Source: Promethearchaeota archaeon (GTDB lineage: Archaea; Asgardarchaeota; Lokiarchaeia; Sigyniarchaeales; SOKP01). From it: 12,424 bases of DNA. The position numbers and the translations under genes were made by a program. The notes beneath the pieces were generated by a model. That model searched no databases and was not told where the DNA came from. It saw only the letters and a list, made by a program, of their open reading frames with translations. The DNA is taken from assembly GCA_048938005.1 (NCBI GenBank), contig JBHLMQ010000030.1, forward strand, positions 26,381 to 38,804, written 5' to 3'. Every line of letters begins with the position of its first letter. The stretch's first letter is position 1. Of this stretch, positions 8,866 through 12,424 are shown one piece after another.

Positions 8866-8973
8866 CTTAATTTCACTTCAATAAAAATAATTAATAAATT
8901 AGAAAATAATTTTTAAAATAAAAACTTAAAAGAAAGATATAACACTTTTCTATAAATATAAAAATATAGAATT

Positions 8974-9038
8974 CCGAAACCTTCACAAGGCTAGTCCCAA
9001 TTCAACTAAAATTTATTTGAAAGGGTCATTCTATTCGG
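8974..9038 (-). promoter_or_regulatory. Putative SECIS element, eukaryote-like kink-turn type
   Basis: Minus-strand RNA: CCGAA-UAG-AAU-GA-CCCUUUCAAAU-AAAUUUU-AGUUGAAUUGG-GA-CUA-GCCUU-GUG-AAGGU-UUCGG. AUGA at 9029-9026, AAA 11 nt later in the apical loop, GA at 8996-8995. It directly follows two genes with in-frame UGA at Cys positions. Folded by hand. Confidence 0.78.
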
Positions 9039-9501
9039 TTTTTTTCTTTTTTGATTCTTTCTCCTCTTTCTTAGAAGAATTAGAATCTTTTAAAGGATTG
9101 CTACCTAAGTTTTTTATAATCTCTGAAATGCGACTAGCTTCTTCTTGAAATCTTTGTCCTTCAGCAGCACTACAGTGAAACATTTGAATTCTCTCTGGTG
9201 AAAGTCCAACTATTCTAAGAATTTCTTTTGTATATTTAACATTCCTTTCTGCAACCAAATTCCCACTTTCATAGTCACATTCACCTTGGTATCAAGCTCC
9301 GATGACGATTCCGTCAGCACCCTTACCTATTGCTCGCATCATTAAAGAAGGAGTTACTCTTCCAGAGCAATTAATCCTCACAGGTCTAAGTGTTGCGGGA
9401 TATTGCGCTCTTATAGTACCTGCCATATCACCAGCACCATATCCTCACTTCCAGCATAAAAATGCTAAAATTTTCATATCTCCATTAGATCTACTTGCCA
9501 A
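9031..9501 (-). CDS. mvhD: MvhD/VhuD (F420-non-reducing hydrogenase delta / FlpD family) [2Fe-2S] subunit, selenoprotein with 2 Sec
   Basis: One continuous frame: (M)ASRSNGDMKILAFLCWK-U-GYGAGDMAG...RINCSGRV...GADGIVIGA-U-YQGECDYESGN...SAAEG. TGA at 9445-9447 and 9292-9294, TAG stop at 9031-9033. The TTG start at 9501 lies 5 nt after GAGGTGA; an alternative ATG is at 9477. 156 aa. Confidence 0.93.
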
Positions 9502-9506
9502 TTATT

Positions 9507-9513
9507 TCACCTC
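9507..9513 (-). promoter_or_regulatory. Shine-Dalgarno site for mvhD
   Basis: GAGGTGA within the 13-nt hdrA-mvhD gap, 5 nt upstream of the in-frame TTG. Confidence 0.75.
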
Positions 9514-9514
9514 T

Positions 9515-11491
9515 CTATACCTCTTCTAGAATTGCGTCTATTTGTTTTTCATATTGAGGTTCTCTATAATATCTAAGGGTTATGGCTTCTGAAGGACAAT
9601 TAGCCAAACAACTGCCACATCCCCTACATAAAATCTCATTCACCTCAGCTCCATCATCGTTTAGATTTATAGCGTTATATGGGCAATTCAACTCACATAA
9701 TCCACATTTTGCACATCGTTCTTTATCAACCGATGCTCGGATCAGTAAAATCCGATATTTGTCTTTTCCCATTAGTCTAGCAAGTGAAGATGCTGCTGCT
9801 CTACCTTGTGCTATAGATTCAACTATAGATTTTGGACCTTGGCTGACTCCTGCAAGAACTATTCCAGGAATCTTTGTATCTATTGGATTTAATCTAGCAT
9901 GAAATTCTTTAAAGAATCCATCTTGACTGTTTTCCAATTTAAGTATCTTTCCTATTTTTTTAACACCAGTAGCGGGAACCATTGATGCAGAAAGTACAAC
10001 CAAATCATACTCTAGTTCTTTTAATCCACTTGAACCCAATGTATTTTGCATGATTATTTTTAGATTATGAGTATTAGGATCTTCTTTTATTCTGCTTATG
10101 TTTGTTCTAATATATTTTATACCCTCCTTCCTTGAGAGAGTGAAATATTCTTCATAATCTTTCCCAGCAGCTCGCATATCCATATAAGCAACAGTAATAT
10201 CTGCCTCTGGATAATGTTGTTTGATTAATTTACTGTTCTTTATTGAAATCATACAGCATACACCAGAGCTACAATAAGTATTCATGTTTAAATCCCTTGA
10301 GCCTACACATTGAATGAATAATATTTTTTTTGGTTCTTTCCCATCCGAAGGTCTTACCAAATGTCCTATGGTTGGTCCGTTCGGAGCTAACATTCTTTCA
10401 AGTTTTAGTTGAGTAATTACATTAGGATATTTATTATAGCCCAAATAGCCCATAGGTGGTTCAAATTCATCCCAACCTGTAGCGACCACGATTGAGCCTA
10501 CATCAATCTCTACGATTTCGTCTTGTTGATCAAAATCAATCGCGTCTAGTTCACATGCTCCTTTACATAATTCACATTTGATACATCGTTCCATATCAAT
10601 TTGGGCTAAAGAAGGAACCGCTTGAGCAAATGACACATATATAGCTCTCCTTGAATCCATTCCCTCATTGAATTCATTATAACCAAAAGCGGGGCACACT
10701 TCAAAGCATGCTCCACACCCATTACAATCATTTGTTACATATCGTGCCCTCTTTCTAATTTTTACAGTAAAATTCCCTACAAAACCAGAAACATCTTCAA
10801 CATCACTATACGTGTATAAATTGAGTCCAGGTGTTCTTGCCGCTTGAAGCATTACTGGCCCCAATATTCATATACTACAATCATCTGTAGGAAATGTTCG
10901 ATCTAATTTAGCCATTTTGCCACCTATGGTAGGATTTTTTTCTACAAGATGTACTTCAAAACCTTCTTCAGCTAGATCGATTCCTGCAGACAATCCCGCT
11001 ACTCCACCGCCAATTATTAAAGCTTTTTTTGTTATATCAACTTCTTTAACTAAGATCTTTTCTAAAACAGAAGCTCTTGCTACGGCTGATCGCATTATAT
11101 CTTCAGCAACTTTTTGAGCTCCTAGTTTATCTTTTTTATGTACAAAACTAGAATGTTCACGGATATTAGCAAATTCAAGATAGGATGAATCAATACCCAT
11201 TGCTTCTAAGACACTTTTAAAAACGGGCTCATGAGTTTTAGGTGTACATGATGCTACAACTAATCTATTTGCATTTGTTTCGACCATTTTTTGTTTTATG
11301 AATTCTGCACCAGGTTCTGTACAAAGACTGATATATCGCTCTGCAGCAACTACATTTGGCAATGTCTTTGAGAATTCTACTAAAGCAGAATTGTCAATTA
11401 CCTCAGCAATATTAAGCCCTCAATCGCAAATTAAAACAGCAATCCTTATTTCTTCGTCATATTGATTTGTCTTGTTTGTTGTTTCTACCAT
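9515..11491 (-). CDS. hdrA: Heterodisulfide reductase subunit A (electron-bifurcating FAD/Fe-S protein), selenoprotein with 2 Sec
   Basis: Single frame from the ATG at 11491 (after AAGGT) to TAG at 9515-9517, 658 aa, joining ORF-track fragments 10868-11362 and 9515-10864. In-frame TGA at 11420-11422 ([14 protein letters not shown]; canonical CxCG) and 10868-10870 ([14 protein letters not shown]; canonical DCxxCIL). Also GGGVAG FAD motif, four CxxCxxCxxxC motifs and QCVGSRD...YCS...CCM. Confidence 0.95.
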
Positions 11492-11688
11492 TGCATATTA
11501 CCTTTTTATGATTTCTTTTTAATTTCCTCCAGCTTTGTTATTATAATTTAAATACAAATCTAAATGGTACAAATTAATTAAATAAATTTAAATTGTCTTA
11601 ATAAAATGTTTCTTATAGTTAAAAATTATTTTAAATATAAATTGAATTGTTAATAATTAAAATCATTTGAAATTATAAGGTGGAATAT
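11492..11688. promoter_or_regulatory. AT-rich divergent promoter region between hdrA and the membrane-protein gene
   Basis: ~197-bp intergenic gap between head-to-head genes with several TATA-like TTTAAA/TTATAA tracts. Exact boxes cannot be assigned. Confidence 0.5.
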
Positions 11689-12096
11689 ATGATTTTTCAA
11701 ATGGAGACTATAATGCCATTCATAATTGCTCTTGTATTAATCCTAGCAGATATATTGATTTTAAAGCTGGCTTTATTACTGACCAATGCTGAAGTAAAAA
11801 CAAATATAAAATGGGTTGCATATAGTTATTTAATTCAATTCGGTATAATCTTTTTCATTAGCCTCCCTATGCTTCTATTGGGTTTTATGGGCGCGTATGA
11901 AGATGGTGGACCACACCCTGCTATAATTGCTCTCACAATAATATTTTCTGCTTTTATCGATTTAAACATCATAAATATTATTCATAAACCGGGCATAAAG
12001 CGTTCTCTTATTATAACTTTATTAATAATAGTTCCTCTAAGTTATGCTATGTACCTTATTAATTCAAATCTAGGGTCATTAATATTTAAAGTTTAA
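11689..12096 (+). CDS. Hypothetical integral membrane protein, ~4 TM helices
   Basis: Four hydrophobic stretches. The ATG at 11689 is preferred because AGGTGG (11678-11683) looks like its RBS; the ORF track uses the GTG at 11680. Confidence 0.75.
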   Translation: MIFQMETIMPFIIALVLILADILILKLALLLTNAEVKTNIKWVAYSYLIQFGIIFFISLPMLLLGFMGAYEDGGPHPAIIALTIIFSAFIDLNIINIIHKPGIKRSLIITLLIIVPLSYAMYLINSNLGSLIFKV

Positions 12097-12103
12097 AATC
12101 TTA

Positions 12104-12424
12104 CTAAAAACCTATTTCTTTATTAATTTTTTTGCTCATATCAATTATCTCATCTCTAGCAGCTTTCCCAAAATCCTCTGGAGTATATTTTTTATTCCTA
12201 GTATATGCAAAAATTATACCTCTTGAAGAATTTACAATTCCGCCAAGACCATTTTTATAGAAACCATTTTTAATATCTTTTGCATGGGCTCCTTGAATCC
12301 CATAACCAGGTATAAGTATAAAAGAATTTTTTACAATTTCGCGAATTTTTTTTAATTCTTGAGAAAAAGTTGCCCCCACTACTGCTCCTAAATTAGTGAA
12401 ATCAGAAAATCGTGATAGATTTTT
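12104..12424 (-). CDS. pyrF: Orotidine 5'-phosphate decarboxylase (subfamily 2), 3' part, truncated by window edge
   Basis: Frame is open from the window end: ...NLGAVVGAT...FILIPGYGIQG...GIVNSSRGIIFAY, the characteristic C-terminal motifs. Confidence 0.92.
   Translation of the reverse strand, partial: KNLSRFSDFTNLGAVVGATFSQELKKIREIVKNSFILIPGYGIQGAHAKDIKNGFYKNGLGGIVNSSRGIIFAYTRNKKYTPEDFGKAARDEIIDMSKKINKEIGF

Noticed and set aside
9302-9529. Plus-strand 75-aa ORF filling the apparent gap between hdrA and the mvhD fragment
   Set aside because: It is the antisense shadow of the true mvhD 5' half.
760-11117. Other short ORFs in the track (760-1005, 848-1033, 1423-1623, 1496-1759, 2405-2629, 3500-3739, 3633-3845, 4524-4730, 4687-4932, 5772-5981, 6663-7007, 9582-9902, 10917-11117)
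   Set aside because: All lie antisense to well-supported genes and show no recognisable motifs.
9031-11491. hdrA and mvhD as nonsense-mutated pseudogenes or split genes
   Set aside because: All four interruptions are TGA, in frame and at conserved Cys/Sec sites. Cofactor motifs are intact and a SECIS candidate follows.
9031-11491. Genome-wide UGA reassignment (code 4 or 25)
   Set aside because: No in-frame TGA occurs in the other long genes, Trp is encoded by TGG, and TGA terminates the ferredoxin gene.
11485-11530. Tiny uORF (ATG CAA TGG TAG, 11496-11485) and an orphan GGAGG (11526-11530) upstream of hdrA
   Set aside because: Expected by chance. RBS spacing favours the ATG at 11491 and no canonical start follows the GGAGG.
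1-12424. tRNA (including tRNA-Sec), rRNA, IS elements or integrases
   Set aside because: Intergenic gaps are short and AT-rich, with no cloverleaf, terminal inverted repeats or transposase-like ORFs seen.

Overview
AT-rich archaeal chromosomal window whose gene content (archaeal ATP-dependent DNA ligase, AMP phosphorylase, HEAT+LRR protein, Sec-containing HdrA/MvhD) suggests an Asgard archaeon, probably Lokiarchaeia (inference). Order: 3' end of a Pro/Ser-repeat hypothetical gene (+), lig (+), then a minus-strand block that reads in transcription order hdrA, mvhD, helical-repeat/Ig-like protein, AMP phosphorylase, HEAT-LRR protein, ferredoxin and a divergent aldehyde:ferredoxin oxidoreductase. 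A divergently oriented membrane-protein gene (+) and the 3' end of pyrF (-) close the window. The main signal missed by the ORF track is that hdrA (9515-11491) and mvhD (9031-9501) are intact genes broken only by four in-frame TGA codons, all at conserved Cys positions, i.e. selenocysteine. Directly at the mvhD stop lies a eukaryote-like SECIS candidate (AUGA...AAA...GA kink-turn) whose lower stem is formed by the stop codon itself. It is the only SECIS candidate I found for the four UGAs in the two cistrons.
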